A stretch of 64,000 bases of DNA from an uncultured Anaerolineaceae bacterium (GTDB lineage: Bacteria; Chloroflexota; Anaerolineae; Anaerolineales; Anaerolineaceae): assembly GCA_964490575.1 (NCBI GenBank), contig CAZBDC010000002.1, forward strand, positions 20,698 through 84,697. The letters are read 5' to 3'. Shown here piece after piece: positions 55,029-64,000 of the stretch; the first letter of the stretch is position 1; each line of letters opens with the position of its first letter. The notes beneath the pieces are model-generated. The model worked only from the letters and a program-made list of their open reading frames with translations. It was not told the origin of the DNA and did no database searches. A program made the position numbers and the translations under genes.

Positions 55029-56573
55029 ATGAGCGCGCTGCGGCTCGTTTTGGGCGACCAGTTAAGCCGGGAGATCAGCTCCCTGAGCGATATTGATCCG
55101 GGCTGCGATCGAGTCTTGATGGTGGAGGTGAGGGAAGAAAACACCTACGTCCGTCATCACCGGCAGAAGATCGTTCTGGTCCTCTCCGCGATGCGTCACT
55201 TTGCCGAAGCGCTTCGCGCGGAAGGGATTGACGTTGATTACGTCTGTCTTGACGATGAGAAGAATTCAGGGTCGTTTACCGGTGAATTAATTCGCGCCCT
55301 GTCCCGCTTTCATGCGGATCGGATCATCGTCACCGAACCTGGCGAGTGGCGGGTCTGGCAAATGATGCAGGATTGGGGGCAAGTCCTCCCCATGCCGGTC
55401 GAGATTCGTGATGATGAGCGCTTCTTTTGCAGCCAGGCGGAATTTGCCCAGTGGGCAAAAGGTCAAAAGAACCTGCGGATGGAGTTCTTTTACCGGTATT
55501 TGCGCCGCAAGACGGGCCTGCTCATGACCGGTGGTTCCCCAGAGGGCGGCCGGTGGAACTACGACCGAGAGAACCGAAAGCCCCTGCCGCGTAATTGGGC
55601 CGTCCCTCCTCCGCTGCGGTTTGAGCCGGCTCAGCTGACTCGGGATGTCATCCGCCTGGTCAGGAAGCATTTCACCGATCACTTCGGCGACCTGGAGCCG
55701 TTTGGCTGGGCGGTTGGCCGGAGTGATGCGCTAAAGGCGCTGCAGTACTTCATCTTGCATGGCCTGCCGCACTTTGGTGATTACCAGGATGCGATGCGAA
55801 GCGGCGAGGCTTTTCTTTTCCATTCGGTGTTGTCACCCTACCTCAACATCGGGCTGTTGAGCGCCCGAGAGGTTTGCGATGCCGCCCTTCTGGCCTTTCA
55901 CCAGGGGAATGCGCCGCTCCATGCCGTCGAAGGATTTATCCGCCAGATTCTGGGCTGGCGTGAGTACATCCGGGGGATCTACTGGATGAATGCGCCGGCT
56001 TACGCCGGGACCAATTTCTTCGCGGCAGCTCGCCCCCTGCCGGAGTTCTATTGGACAGGCGAAACGGATATGAAATGCATCCGGGAAACCGTTTTATCCA
56101 TCCAGAGCAACGCTTACGCGCATCATATCCAGCGGCTGATGGTGACCGGCAATTTTGCGCTGCTGGCCGGAATTGCGCCGGCGGAGGTTGAGGAATGGTA
56201 CCTGGCTGTATTCGCGGATGCTTTTGAGTGGGTAGAGCTGCCCAACACGCACGGCATGGCCCTGTATGCGGATGGCGGCCTGCTGGGATCGAAGCCTTAT
56301 GCCGCTTCAGGCGCATACATCCATCGAATGTCCGATTATTGCACTGGATGCGCGTACGATCCAAAGAGCAAAACGGGTGAAAACGCCTGCCCGTTTAATT
56401 ACCTCTACTGGAATTTCTTGATGGTACACGAGGCGCGGCTCAAAGAAAACCCGCGGATGGCGCTGCCATATCGCATCCTGGCGGGGATGGCCGAGCAGGA
56501 TCGATCCGAACTTACCCGGCAGGCGCAGGCCTTTTTGGCCGGGCTGGAGCGCTCGAATCAAACCTGGACGTGA
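55029..56573 (+). CDS. Cryptochrome/photolyase family protein of the FeS-BCP type (bacterial (6-4) photolyase / CryB-PhrB-like)
   Basis: The COG3046-like N-terminus is [13 protein letters not shown]. Four Cys residues are positioned for a 4Fe-4S cluster (DMKCIRE; [25 protein letters not shown]). Confidence 0.85.
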   Translation: MSALRLVLGDQLSREISSLSDIDPGCDRVLMVEVREENTYVRHHRQKIVLVLSAMRHFAEALRAEGIDVDYVCLDDEKNSGSFTGELIRALSRFHADRIIVTEPGEWRVWQMMQDWGQVLPMPVEIRDDERFFCSQAEFAQWAKGQKNLRMEFFYRYLRRKTGLLMTGGSPEGGRWNYDRENRKPLPRNWAVPPPLRFEPAQLTRDVIRLVRKHFTDHFGDLEPFGWAVGRSDALKALQYFILHGLPHFGDYQDAMRSGEAFLFHSVLSPYLNIGLLSAREVCDAALLAFHQGNAPLHAVEGFIRQILGWREYIRGIYWMNAPAYAGTNFFAAARPLPEFYWTGETDMKCIRETVLSIQSNAYAHHIQRLMVTGNFALLAGIAPAEVEEWYLAVFADAFEWVELPNTHGMALYADGGLLGSKPYAASGAYIHRMSDYCTGCAYDPKSKTGENACPFNYLYWNFLMVHEARLKENPRMALPYRILAGMAEQDRSELTRQAQAFLAGLERSNQTWT

Positions 56574-56597
56574 AGAGCGAAAAAGCGGCGGGGAAAA

Positions 56598-57596
56598 TCA
56601 GGCCGATCGTTCCGCCAGGTGGCAGGCGACAAAATGGCCGGGGCGCAGCTCGCGCATCTCGGGAATTTCCTGGGTGCAGCGCGGCTCGGCGATCGGGCAG
56701 CGGGTGTGGAATCGGCAGCCAGAAGGTGGGTGGATCGGGGAAGGGATTTCCCCCTTGAGGATAATGCGCCGGCGTTTCTCTTCGACGAATGGATCCGGGA
56801 TGGTCACTGCTGAGAGGAGCGCCTGCGTGTAAGGGTGCAGGGGGTGGTGGTAGAACTCGGCCCGGTTGGCCAGTTCAACGATCACACCCAGGTACATGAC
56901 TGCCACGCGGTTGCACATGTGGCGCACCATCGAAAGGTCGTGGGCAATGAAGAGGTACGTCAGGTGGAACTGCCGCTGCAGTTCGAGCAGCAGGTTGGCA
57001 ATCTGGGCCTGGATGGATACGTCCAGCGCCGAGATGGGCTCATCGCACACCACCAGATCGGGCTGGAGGGCCAGGGAGCGGGCGATCCCGATGCGCTGGC
57101 GCTGACCGCCGGAAAATTCATGCGGATAGCGGTTGACGTAAGATGGATTGAGCCGCACCAGGTCAAGCAGCTCGGCCACCCGGTCGTTGATCTCCTGTTT
57201 CGTGCGCGCTTCCTGGTACACCTGCAGCGGGTCGCTGATGATTTCTCCCACCGTCAGGCGCGGGTTCAGGCTGGCGTATGGGTCCTGGAAGATCATCTGC
57301 ATTCGGCGGCGAATCTTGCGCAGCTCTTCGGGCTTCAAGTTCACCAGGTCAATACCGTCGAATATCACCGAGCCAGAGGTTGGGCGATAAAGCTGCAGGA
57401 TGGTGCGCCCGGTGGTGGATTTTCCGCAGCCCGATTCGCCTACCAGGCCCAGCGTTTCCCCACGCACCAGATCGAATGAGACCCCATCGACCGCGTGCAC
57501 CACCTCTTTTTTTCGCTGGAAGAGCGCACTCGAGGCAACCGGGAAGTGCTTGACCAGGTTTTCGACGCGCATAAGAACGTTGTTGTCAGGTTTCAT
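56598..57596 (-). CDS. Peptide/nickel ABC transporter ATP-binding protein (OppF/DppF-like)
   Basis: [26 protein letters not shown] and the C-terminal oligopeptide domain. The start at 57596 forms an ATGA overlap with the upstream gene's stop. The listed start is 57629. Confidence 0.9.
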   Translation of the reverse strand: MKPDNNVLMRVENLVKHFPVASSALFQRKKEVVHAVDGVSFDLVRGETLGLVGESGCGKSTTGRTILQLYRPTSGSVIFDGIDLVNLKPEELRKIRRRMQMIFQDPYASLNPRLTVGEIISDPLQVYQEARTKQEINDRVAELLDLVRLNPSYVNRYPHEFSGGQRQRIGIARSLALQPDLVVCDEPISALDVSIQAQIANLLLELQRQFHLTYLFIAHDLSMVRHMCNRVAVMYLGVIVELANRAEFYHHPLHPYTQALLSAVTIPDPFVEEKRRRIILKGEIPSPIHPPSGCRFHTRCPIAEPRCTQEIPEMRELRPGHFVACHLAERSA

Positions 57597-58628
57597 GGGC
57601 GCAATCCCCCCGAAGCAGGGTCGATCCAACAGGCCACCCGGTGCCCGGGGGCGATTTCCAGCAGGGGTGGGTTTTCATGCAGGCATTTTTCAACCACAAA
57701 TTGACAGCGGGGGGCAAAGGGGCAGAACGACGGTTTCGCGCGCAGCACCGGCGGCATCCCATCAATTGACACCAGCTCCTGGCGCTGTTCAGCATCCATG
57801 CGCGGCAGGCTGCCCAGCAAACCCAGCGTATAGGGATGCTGAGGGCTGCGGTAGAGATCCTTGACCGGCGCTTCTTCGATAAAGTAGCCGCCGTACATGA
57901 CAATCACGCGGTGCGCCAGCCCGGCGATGATCCCCAGGTCGTGCGTGATCCAGACGATGGCCATCCCGTATTCGCTGCGCAGCTGCTTGACCAGGTCGAC
58001 AATCTGCGCCTGGATGGTGACATCCAGCGCGGTGGTAGGCTCATCGGCGATGAGCAGCTTTGGGTTACAGGTCAACGCCATGGCGATCATCGCGCGTTGG
58101 CGCATCCCTCCCGAGAACTGGTGCGGGTAATCGCCCAGGCGTTCCCTGGCCTTGGGGATGCCCACCAGGTCGAGCAACTCAGCCGCCCGGCGGTTGGCGT
58201 CCTCCTGCGACATGCCCAGGTGTTTTTGGAGCGGCTCGGTGATTTGCCGCCCGATCGTCAGCACGGGGTTAAAAGAGGTCATCGGGTCTTGAAAAACGAT
58301 GCTGATCTGCCCGCCGCGGATTTTGCGCATCTCATCGCTGCTCATCTTCAGCAGGTCGCGCCCGTTGAAGAGCGCTGAACCGGCAGCAATCTTTCCTGGT
58401 GGGGTGGGCACCAGGCGCAGCACCGAAAGCATGGTCACACTCTTGCCGCAGCCGCTTTCTCCCACCAGCCCGACGGTTTCATGTTCGTCCACGCTGAAAG
58501 ACACCCCGTTCACCGCATGGATGATGCCGTCCGGGGTAATGAATTGGGTCTCAAGTCCTTGCAGGTCGAGCTGGTTTTTTTGCTTGTTGGTCGTTTTGTT
58601 GGGCCTGGGCCTTTTCTGCGCTTTCCAT
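57593..58628 (-). CDS. Peptide/nickel ABC transporter ATP-binding protein (OppD/DppD-like); 5' end interrupted by a 1-nt frame change in an A7 run
   Basis: [20 protein letters not shown] and LIADEPT are present. The conserved N-terminal strand [25 protein letters not shown] is in frame upstream of the listed GTG at 58513, but no ATG, GTG or TTG precedes it. The ATG at 58628 comes into frame if one base of the homopolymer at 58575-58581 is removed. Confidence 0.8.
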
Positions 58629-58700
58629 TTTTCTTTTCTGGTGTAATACCTTTATACTTACCGTTTTGCCACCACAGTTACATCTTGACTCTACTGGATA

Positions 58701-60554
58701 TTACGGTAGAGGCCGGTCGTAATTCTCCACCTCTTTGGTGACGTACAGGGTGGGGAATAACATGCCGATATCTTCCAGTCCAGGCCAGTGCCAGGCAGCC
58801 AGTCCAACCCGGTCTGGCTCAAGTTCTGAGCCCTTCAGGTAAGGCTTGTACATGTTCCCCGGGGTGGCGTGATAGATGAAGATTGCGCCGACATCTTCCA
58901 CCAGGATCTTCTCGGCGTCTTTAAACATCTGCGTGCGAGTGGCGTCATCGCCGGTCAGCGCAGAGGCTTCCTTCACCAACCGGTCAAACTCATCGACCTT
59001 CCAGGCGTGGCGCCCGTTCGAAGTCCAGATGCCCAGCATGTTGGAAGGATCCAGGTAGTCGAAGCCGTAGGAGAGGAAGTAGAACTGCAGCTCATGCTTG
59101 TTCAGCGTGTCCATGAACAGCTTGTTCTCTTTGTTGGAAACTTCCACCTGCACGCCCAGGTTTTCGGTGAGCATGGCGGCGATGGCATTGGCTACAGATT
59201 GGTTGAAGTCGCCTTCATTGCGCAGCCACAATTCCAGCTTGGGGAAGCCCTTTCCATCCGGGTAGCCGGCGTCGGCCAGCAGTTGTTTCGCTGCCGCTAC
59301 GTCGAACTTGTTGACATCCATCGCCTTGTAGGTGTCCGCATCCGCGGCGGGGAAGCCCGGCATGAGGAACGAGTAGGCTCCGATCCCCTGGCGGCCGACC
59401 ACATTTTCGATGATGCTGTCGCGATCAATCGCCTTCGCGAAAGCCTGGCGGACTTTGATGTCATCGAACGGCTTGGCGTAGGTGTTGAAGCCCAGGTAGT
59501 AAGTGCGGAAGTCGCCGTACCCGGGATGGTATTCGGCATTGAGCTGCGGATCGGCCGAGATCAGCTTGACTTCAGCCGGGGAGAACGTTTCCGTCCAGTC
59601 GATTTCGTTGTTCTGGTAAGCGCTGAACGAGATCGAATAGTCGCCGGTCAGCTCGATGACCAGGTGCTCAATATAAGGTTTCAGGTCGCCGGTGTAGTTC
59701 GTGTTCGGGCTGAAGACGACCCGTTTGCCCTTGGTCCATTCCGTCAGGATCCACGGGGACGAGGAGACGCTGGTCTCAGGCGTGCTGTTGTAGTATTCAC
59801 CGTGGGCCTCGAAGGCCTTTTTGCTCAGCGGGCGGACGTAAAGCGCCTTGGAGGGGAAGTACGGCGATTTGTCTTCAGTGGTGAATGTGACGGTGTAATC
59901 GTCGACTTTCTTCACGCCCAGTTCTTCCAGCGGCACTTCACCAGCCACGCACTCGTCAAAGTTGACGAGATCGCTCCAGAACCAGGCGAAATCCCAGGCG
60001 TGCACGGGGTCAGCCATGTACTGCATGGTGAAAACCACATCATCGGCGGTTACCAGGGTCCCATCGCTCCAGGTGAGCTTTGGGTTCAGGTAGAAGGTCC
60101 AGGTTTTGCCGTCTTCCGATGGCTCCCAGCTCAGCGCGCCGCCGGGCAGAATGTCAAAGTTCTTATCCAGGCGCACCAGTGGGGTGCTGAGGATGGACAT
60201 ATACGAACTCGGCCGCTTGTAGACGCCCACGGCAAAATCAGGCGTTTCACCCACGTTGGAACCAAAAATGCGGATAAACTGCTGATCCAGTGGGGCGGCG
60301 TCTTCGGGCAGAGTCACACCCCAGGCGTTTACAATGGCCTCGGCTTTGGGCGCCTCAGTCGGAGCGGGCGCTTCGGTCGGAGCGGTCGTCGCGGTCGCGG
60401 CGGGCTTTTCCGGGATGGGGGTGTAGGTCGGTGGGACCGGCAGCGGCGTTGAGGTGGCGGCCGGCGGGGCTTCAGTGGCCGTGGCGCAGGCGGTCAGCAG
60501 CAGCGCCAGGATCAGCAATAGACGCGACACAGAGAGAATTCTCCGTCCAAACAT
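58701..60554 (-). CDS. ABC transporter substrate-binding lipoprotein, family 5 (peptide/nickel)
   Basis: Lipobox LLLTAC and a Thr/Pro/Ala-rich linker, followed by family-5 SBP blocks. A GGAGGAGG RBS lies 8 nt upstream of the ATG at 60554. The listed start is 60617. Confidence 0.9.
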   Translation of the reverse strand: MFGRRILSVSRLLLILALLLTACATATEAPPAATSTPLPVPPTYTPIPEKPAATATTAPTEAPAPTEAPKAEAIVNAWGVTLPEDAAPLDQQFIRIFGSNVGETPDFAVGVYKRPSSYMSILSTPLVRLDKNFDILPGGALSWEPSEDGKTWTFYLNPKLTWSDGTLVTADDVVFTMQYMADPVHAWDFAWFWSDLVNFDECVAGEVPLEELGVKKVDDYTVTFTTEDKSPYFPSKALYVRPLSKKAFEAHGEYYNSTPETSVSSSPWILTEWTKGKRVVFSPNTNYTGDLKPYIEHLVIELTGDYSISFSAYQNNEIDWTETFSPAEVKLISADPQLNAEYHPGYGDFRTYYLGFNTYAKPFDDIKVRQAFAKAIDRDSIIENVVGRQGIGAYSFLMPGFPAADADTYKAMDVNKFDVAAAKQLLADAGYPDGKGFPKLELWLRNEGDFNQSVANAIAAMLTENLGVQVEVSNKENKLFMDTLNKHELQFYFLSYGFDYLDPSNMLGIWTSNGRHAWKVDEFDRLVKEASALTGDDATRTQMFKDAEKILVEDVGAIFIYHATPGNMYKPYLKGSELEPDRVGLAAWHWPGLEDIGMLFPTLYVTKEVENYDRPLP

Positions 60555-60707
60555 GTTTTTTACCTCCTCCAGAGGGATGACCAGGTGAGACAATTTTGGC
60601 CTGGCCGGGGCCATCAAAAATTCCTTTCAAAAGCGGGAGCCTGCTTGCCTGTGCCTTTTTTGGCAGGCGGCCGGCAGCTTCAGGCAGCCTGCCGGCCGTC
60701 GATCCGG

Positions 60708-61601
60708 TTATTGGTTATACATGGTTGGGTCCAACGCATCGCGCAGCCCATCTCCAAGGAAATTGAACCCAAACATCGCCAGCGCAATCGTCAGGGTCGG
60801 GAAGAGGCCCAGGTACCAGTAGACCCGCAGATATCCCAGGCTTTCACTGACCATCTTGCCCCAGCTTGGGATGGGATCGTTGATGCCGACGCCCAGGAAG
60901 CTGAGCCCGGCTTCGGCAAAGATTGCGCTGGGGATGCCCAGGGCGAGCATGATGAGCAGGGGTGGGAGCGCATGCGGCAGCAGGTGGCGGGTAATGATCC
61001 GCCAGTCTCCGGCTCCATAGGAGCGCGCCGAGACGACGAACTCGCGCTCGCGCAGCGCGAGGAGCTGCCCGCGGGTCAGGCGGCATACGCCGATCCAGCT
61101 GGTCATGCCAATTGCCAGGATGACGTTAGGCAGCCCGGTCCCCAGGATGCTCATCAGGAAAATAGCGAACAGGAAGTTGGGGAAGGCAGTCATAACTTCT
61201 AACAGGCGGGTGATCAGGAAGTCGACCCAGCCGCCGCGCAGGCCGGCCAGGGCACCCAGCGGCAGGCCGATGCCGAAGGCGATCAACTGCACCGAAAAAC
61301 CCACCGTCAGCGAAGTGCGCGCGCCGTAGATGATGCGGCTCAGCAGGTCGCGCCCGATCGCGTCAGTTCCCAGCCAATACTTGCCACTGGGAAACTCGAG
61401 GCTGTCGCTCAGGACCGAGCGGTAATAAGGCGCCGGGGCGATGAGGTCGGCAAATATCGCCATGAAAATGAATAGGACGACCACCGCCAGCCCAAATACA
61501 GCCAGCTTGTTCTTGAAGAAGCTGCGCATCGCATCTCGCCACAGCGTGCGCTTCTTTGCGCTCAGGGTGGCCTCTTCGGTAAGGATCGACGGCGCGGTCA
61601 T
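60708..61601 (-). CDS. Peptide ABC transporter permease (OppC/DppC-like)
   Basis: Carries the EAA-loop region SARSYGAGDWRIITRHLLP. Its start forms an ATGA overlap with the upstream permease stop, and an AGGAGGG RBS is present. Confidence 0.9.
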   Translation of the reverse strand: MTAPSILTEEATLSAKKRTLWRDAMRSFFKNKLAVFGLAVVVLFIFMAIFADLIAPAPYYRSVLSDSLEFPSGKYWLGTDAIGRDLLSRIIYGARTSLTVGFSVQLIAFGIGLPLGALAGLRGGWVDFLITRLLEVMTAFPNFLFAIFLMSILGTGLPNVILAIGMTSWIGVCRLTRGQLLALREREFVVSARSYGAGDWRIITRHLLPHALPPLLIMLALGIPSAIFAEAGLSFLGVGINDPIPSWGKMVSESLGYLRVYWYLGLFPTLTIALAMFGFNFLGDGLRDALDPTMYNQ

Positions 61602-62533
61602 GTTTCCCTCCTGCCGGTCAGGCGCACGCGGGGATCGATCATGGTGTAGAGGATGTCGGTAATCAGGTAGGTGACTCCCCACAACCCGGCTGCCAGGAGC
61701 ATGGTCGCCATGATCATTGGATAATCGCGGGTAAACGTGCTGGTCACAAAGTAGCTCCCCAGTCCCGGGATGCGGAAGGTGGCTTCAATGAAGATGGAGC
61801 CGGTGGCGATGTTGGGGATTTCCGGTCCCAGCACGGTGACCAGCGGGATGAGCGCGTTCTTGAGCACGTGACGGAGGATAATGGTTCTCTCGCCCAGCCC
61901 TTTGGCGCGCGCGGTGCGCACGTAATCGGCGCGCAGGGCTTCCAGCATGTTGACCCGCGTGTAGCGGGCGATCCACCCGATGGGGGGCAGCGAATAGACA
62001 ATGGCCGGCAAGATGAAATGGACCGGCTTGCCCCACCCACCGGTGGGCAGCCAGCGCAGTGTCACGGAAAAAATAAGGATCAACCAGATGGCGATGACAA
62101 AATTTGGCACGGCGATGCCCATCGTCGACAGGACCGTCACGCCCCGGTCGAGCCACGAGTTCTGATGGATCGCCGCCAGTGTGCCCAAAAGCATGCCCAA
62201 GGTGTAAGAGAACAGGATCACCACCGAGGCCAGCTGCAGAGTCGGCGGCCACACGCGCGCGATCAGCCCGGTCACGGTCTCGGTCGGGCTGGCATAGGGA
62301 ATGCCAAAATCAAAGTGGAGGGCATTCCACATGTAGCGGAAATACTGCACATACAGCGGTTGGTCCAGGCCGTATTTGCGCATGATGTTGGCCTTGGCCG
62401 CGGGAGGCAGGGGCTGCTTTTCCTCGTCGAACGGCCCGCCTGGAACGGCGTGCATCAGCGAGAATGTGATAATCGATACCATAATGAATGCAACAAAAAG
62501 CCCCAGCAGGCGACCCAGGATGTAGCGGACCAT
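61598..62533 (-). CDS. Peptide ABC transporter permease (OppB/DppB-like)
   Basis: MVRYILGRLLGLFVAFIMVSIITFSLMHAVPGGPF and YVRTARAKGL are classical OppB blocks. An AGAGGAAG RBS is present. Confidence 0.9.
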   Translation of the reverse strand: MVRYILGRLLGLFVAFIMVSIITFSLMHAVPGGPFDEEKQPLPPAAKANIMRKYGLDQPLYVQYFRYMWNALHFDFGIPYASPTETVTGLIARVWPPTLQLASVVILFSYTLGMLLGTLAAIHQNSWLDRGVTVLSTMGIAVPNFVIAIWLILIFSVTLRWLPTGGWGKPVHFILPAIVYSLPPIGWIARYTRVNMLEALRADYVRTARAKGLGERTIILRHVLKNALIPLVTVLGPEIPNIATGSIFIEATFRIPGLGSYFVTSTFTRDYPMIMATMLLAAGLWGVTYLITDILYTMIDPRVRLTGRRET

Positions 62534-62634
62534 ACTTCCTCTGTTTTTCGGGATGAATACGAACTTGCGGATTGGTGCCGGCTATCACGACAGGTCTGGC
62601 AAAACCTGGACAATCACGAACGCGCGATTAAAAA

Positions 62635-62663
62635 ATTATAGCGATCTGAAAACCAAATGTCAA
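62635..62663 (-). promoter_or_regulatory. Perfect consensus sigma70 promoter TTGACA-17-TATAAT for the peptide ABC operon
   Basis: The minus strand reads TTGACAtttggttttcagatcgcTATAAT. It lies about 100 nt upstream of the oppB-like ATG at 62533. Confidence 0.6.
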
Positions 62664-63264
62664 ATATGTTAGGCATTTAGCATTCCGGTTGTGTTACAAA
62701 ATGCGTAATTCATCAGCCAGAGGTGAAAGAGCGGGTAAAAAGCCGGACTTATGTGTGATATTTCGGAAGCACTTCGGCAGGGTCTTTAAAAATAGCTTGC
62801 GGCTACTTTGCTATAATGAATAACAATCAGATCGATTCACTTTGATGATCACTGGACAGGGAATTGACAGTTTCTCCTGCTCCGATACCCATAGACCTTT
62901 CTTAAAGTATTTTTCAGCCAACTCAATCCCATCCAACGCCCCCCCGGAAAGAAACCATGCACCCCATCCCCAGCCTGCTCCTCATCGCCGCCCTGCTGGT
63001 CAACGCGCTGCTGCCGGGCAGAGCCCAGCCGGCTGCCTACCCTCTCCACCCACCCCGCGCAGCCGCGCGCGCCGCCTGACCTGGGCTTCTGATCAACAAG
63101 AGTTTGACTCAGAACAATTGGCCCTTCAAGGTTGGTACAATAAGTGTTATTGCTGACGGAGTGGATATAAATCCTCTCAGCCCTCATCCAAAAACTCATC
63201 ACACAGTTTTTCCCTCAGAATCAATGGGATATAATGATTTCTCAAGAGCATTTACAGAACTGCC

Positions 63265-63759
63265 GTGGAATTATTCGGGAAAAAAGTAATGAGTGACCAT
63301 CCGGAATTATGGGATCAAGTGTCAAAAAGTTACAAAGCGTTTTCGCTCGCATTGATGAAATTTCTCGCGTCAGATGTTGATCGAGTGGAAATAATGAAAA
63401 AGGAGCTTTTGGGCCATGATCGACCCACGGCAATTTATCTGCTCAGGTTCCTTTCTCAAGAGGAATTACTTCAACTCTTTAACGAACTGGTTTATCTTTC
63501 CAGTTTTTCCCATGGATCCATTGAGGTCATTCGGCAGATCATTCTTTCCTTGCCACGGGATTGGGTTCTTTCAAATATTGAGCAAGTGGCCGAACCTATT
63601 TTAGAGCATGGGAGTTATGAAGAATATAGAAGATTAATGGAATTGTATCTAAAACTGGATCGCAATTTAACTGTTGAGTTGGCTCATCGGGCAACTAAAA
63701 AAGAAGACTCTGATATAAAGGAAGCTGGTCAAGATTTTTTGGCCTTATTAGGGAAGTAG
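63265..63759 (+). CDS. Hypothetical alpha-helical protein, low G+C, no recognisable family
   Basis: 164-aa ORF, or 156 aa from the ATG at 63289. A TATAAT lies at 63230-63235. The sequence is Leu/Glu-rich and no motif is recognised. Confidence 0.5.
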   Translation: MELFGKKVMSDHPELWDQVSKSYKAFSLALMKFLASDVDRVEIMKKELLGHDRPTAIYLLRFLSQEELLQLFNELVYLSSFSHGSIEVIRQIILSLPRDWVLSNIEQVAEPILEHGSYEEYRRLMELYLKLDRNLTVELAHRATKKEDSDIKEAGQDFLALLGK

Positions 63760-64000
63760 GAGCGAATAGAATAAATGATTCAATAACATTGTTCTAGATG
63801 TTGCCATTTTCCTCTGCTCTGGCTTAGGCCCCAAAGGGGTAAACTAATCGCTCGCAGAACTCAAAAGGTGCGTGGGTCGGGAAAAAGCAGTTCGGTATTT
63901 GCTCTTTAAGAACAGCATAGCAACACCATGAACTGCCATCCGCCAGACCATATCTCCGCCAGCCGGGCAGGTATGGCGCAGCTACTACTATGCCGGGGCG

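Noticed and set aside
58869-60452. 527-aa ORF antisense to the substrate-binding protein gene
   Set aside because: It is Arg/Gly/Val-rich and low in complexity, with no motifs. The opposite strand encodes a protein with a lipobox, a strong RBS and family-5 SBP blocks. This is a typical shadow ORF of G+C-rich coding DNA.
62809-62817. Extended -10 TGCTATAAT on the plus strand
   Set aside because: It is a good match to TGnTATAAT, but no convincing gene lies downstream. Only the 40-codon signal-peptide mini-ORF follows, 140 nt away. It is therefore not listed as a feature.
63824-64000. Minus-strand frame open from the window edge (58 codons, ...APYLPGWRRYGLADGSSWCCYAVLKEQIPN...FGA*)
   Set aside because: There is no recognisable family, and the length is compatible with chance in this composition. 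It cannot be evaluated without sequence beyond 64000.
1-64000. Search by eye for CRISPR arrays, rRNA, complete tRNAs, transposases, integrases, toxin-antitoxin pairs and known defence-system signatures
   Set aside because: No spaced direct-repeat arrays, no cloverleaf-compatible tRNA and no recognisable mobility or defence proteins were found among the translated ORFs. A proper scan (tRNAscan-SE, Infernal/Rfam, a CRISPR finder, defence-system HMMs) would be needed to exclude them.

Overview
The window is 64 kb and gene-dense, with about 55 protein-coding genes. I could not recognise any rRNA, complete tRNA, CRISPR array, transposase or integrase. The backbone is high in G+C. By eye, G+C is lower in three blocks, at about 10.0-19.8 kb, 29.2-31.2 kb and 62.5-63.8 kb.

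Recognisable content, in order:
- a 5'-truncated S8 peptidase, hutI and a type II NADH dehydrogenase
- a four-gene mevalonate-entry operon: class II HMG-CoA reductase, archaeal-type HMG-CoA synthase, thiolase and a DUF35 Zn-ribbon/OB protein
- two tightly packed minus-strand operons (10.0-19.7 kb) lying downstream of a MalT-type STAND/LuxR regulator
- two NarL-type two-component systems, and recQ
- a small glycan block: a GH32/43-like hydrolase, a GT39 membrane glycosyltransferase and GH127
- a tandem trio of CPBP (CAAX/Abi) intramembrane proteases; the window holds 5 intact CPBP genes plus 1 truncated copy
- a HAD hydrolase, a beta-helix protein, an APH-type kinase and an SNF transporter
- an ECF transporter (S, fused A-A and T components), a GT1 glycosyltransferase and an SDR/DUF2256/FeS-photolyase module
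- a five-gene Opp/Dpp-type peptide ABC operon

Non-genic observations:
- a 61-69 nt palindromic intergenic repeat is present in 3 copies
- five near-consensus -10 boxes sit 6-7 nt upstream of ATG codons that lack a Shine-Dalgarno sequence, which suggests leaderless transcripts
- one perfect TTGACA-17-TATAAT promoter precedes the peptide ABC operon
- there are several intrinsic terminator-like hairpins
- there are four decayed gene remnants, and one homopolymer frameshift at the 5' end of the oppD-like gene

The gene content (archaeal-style mevalonate genes in a bacterium, many HisKA_3 kinases, GT39) suggests a Chloroflexota-like organism. That taxonomic call is inference only. All calls come from reading the translated ORFs and the DNA by eye; no searches were run.
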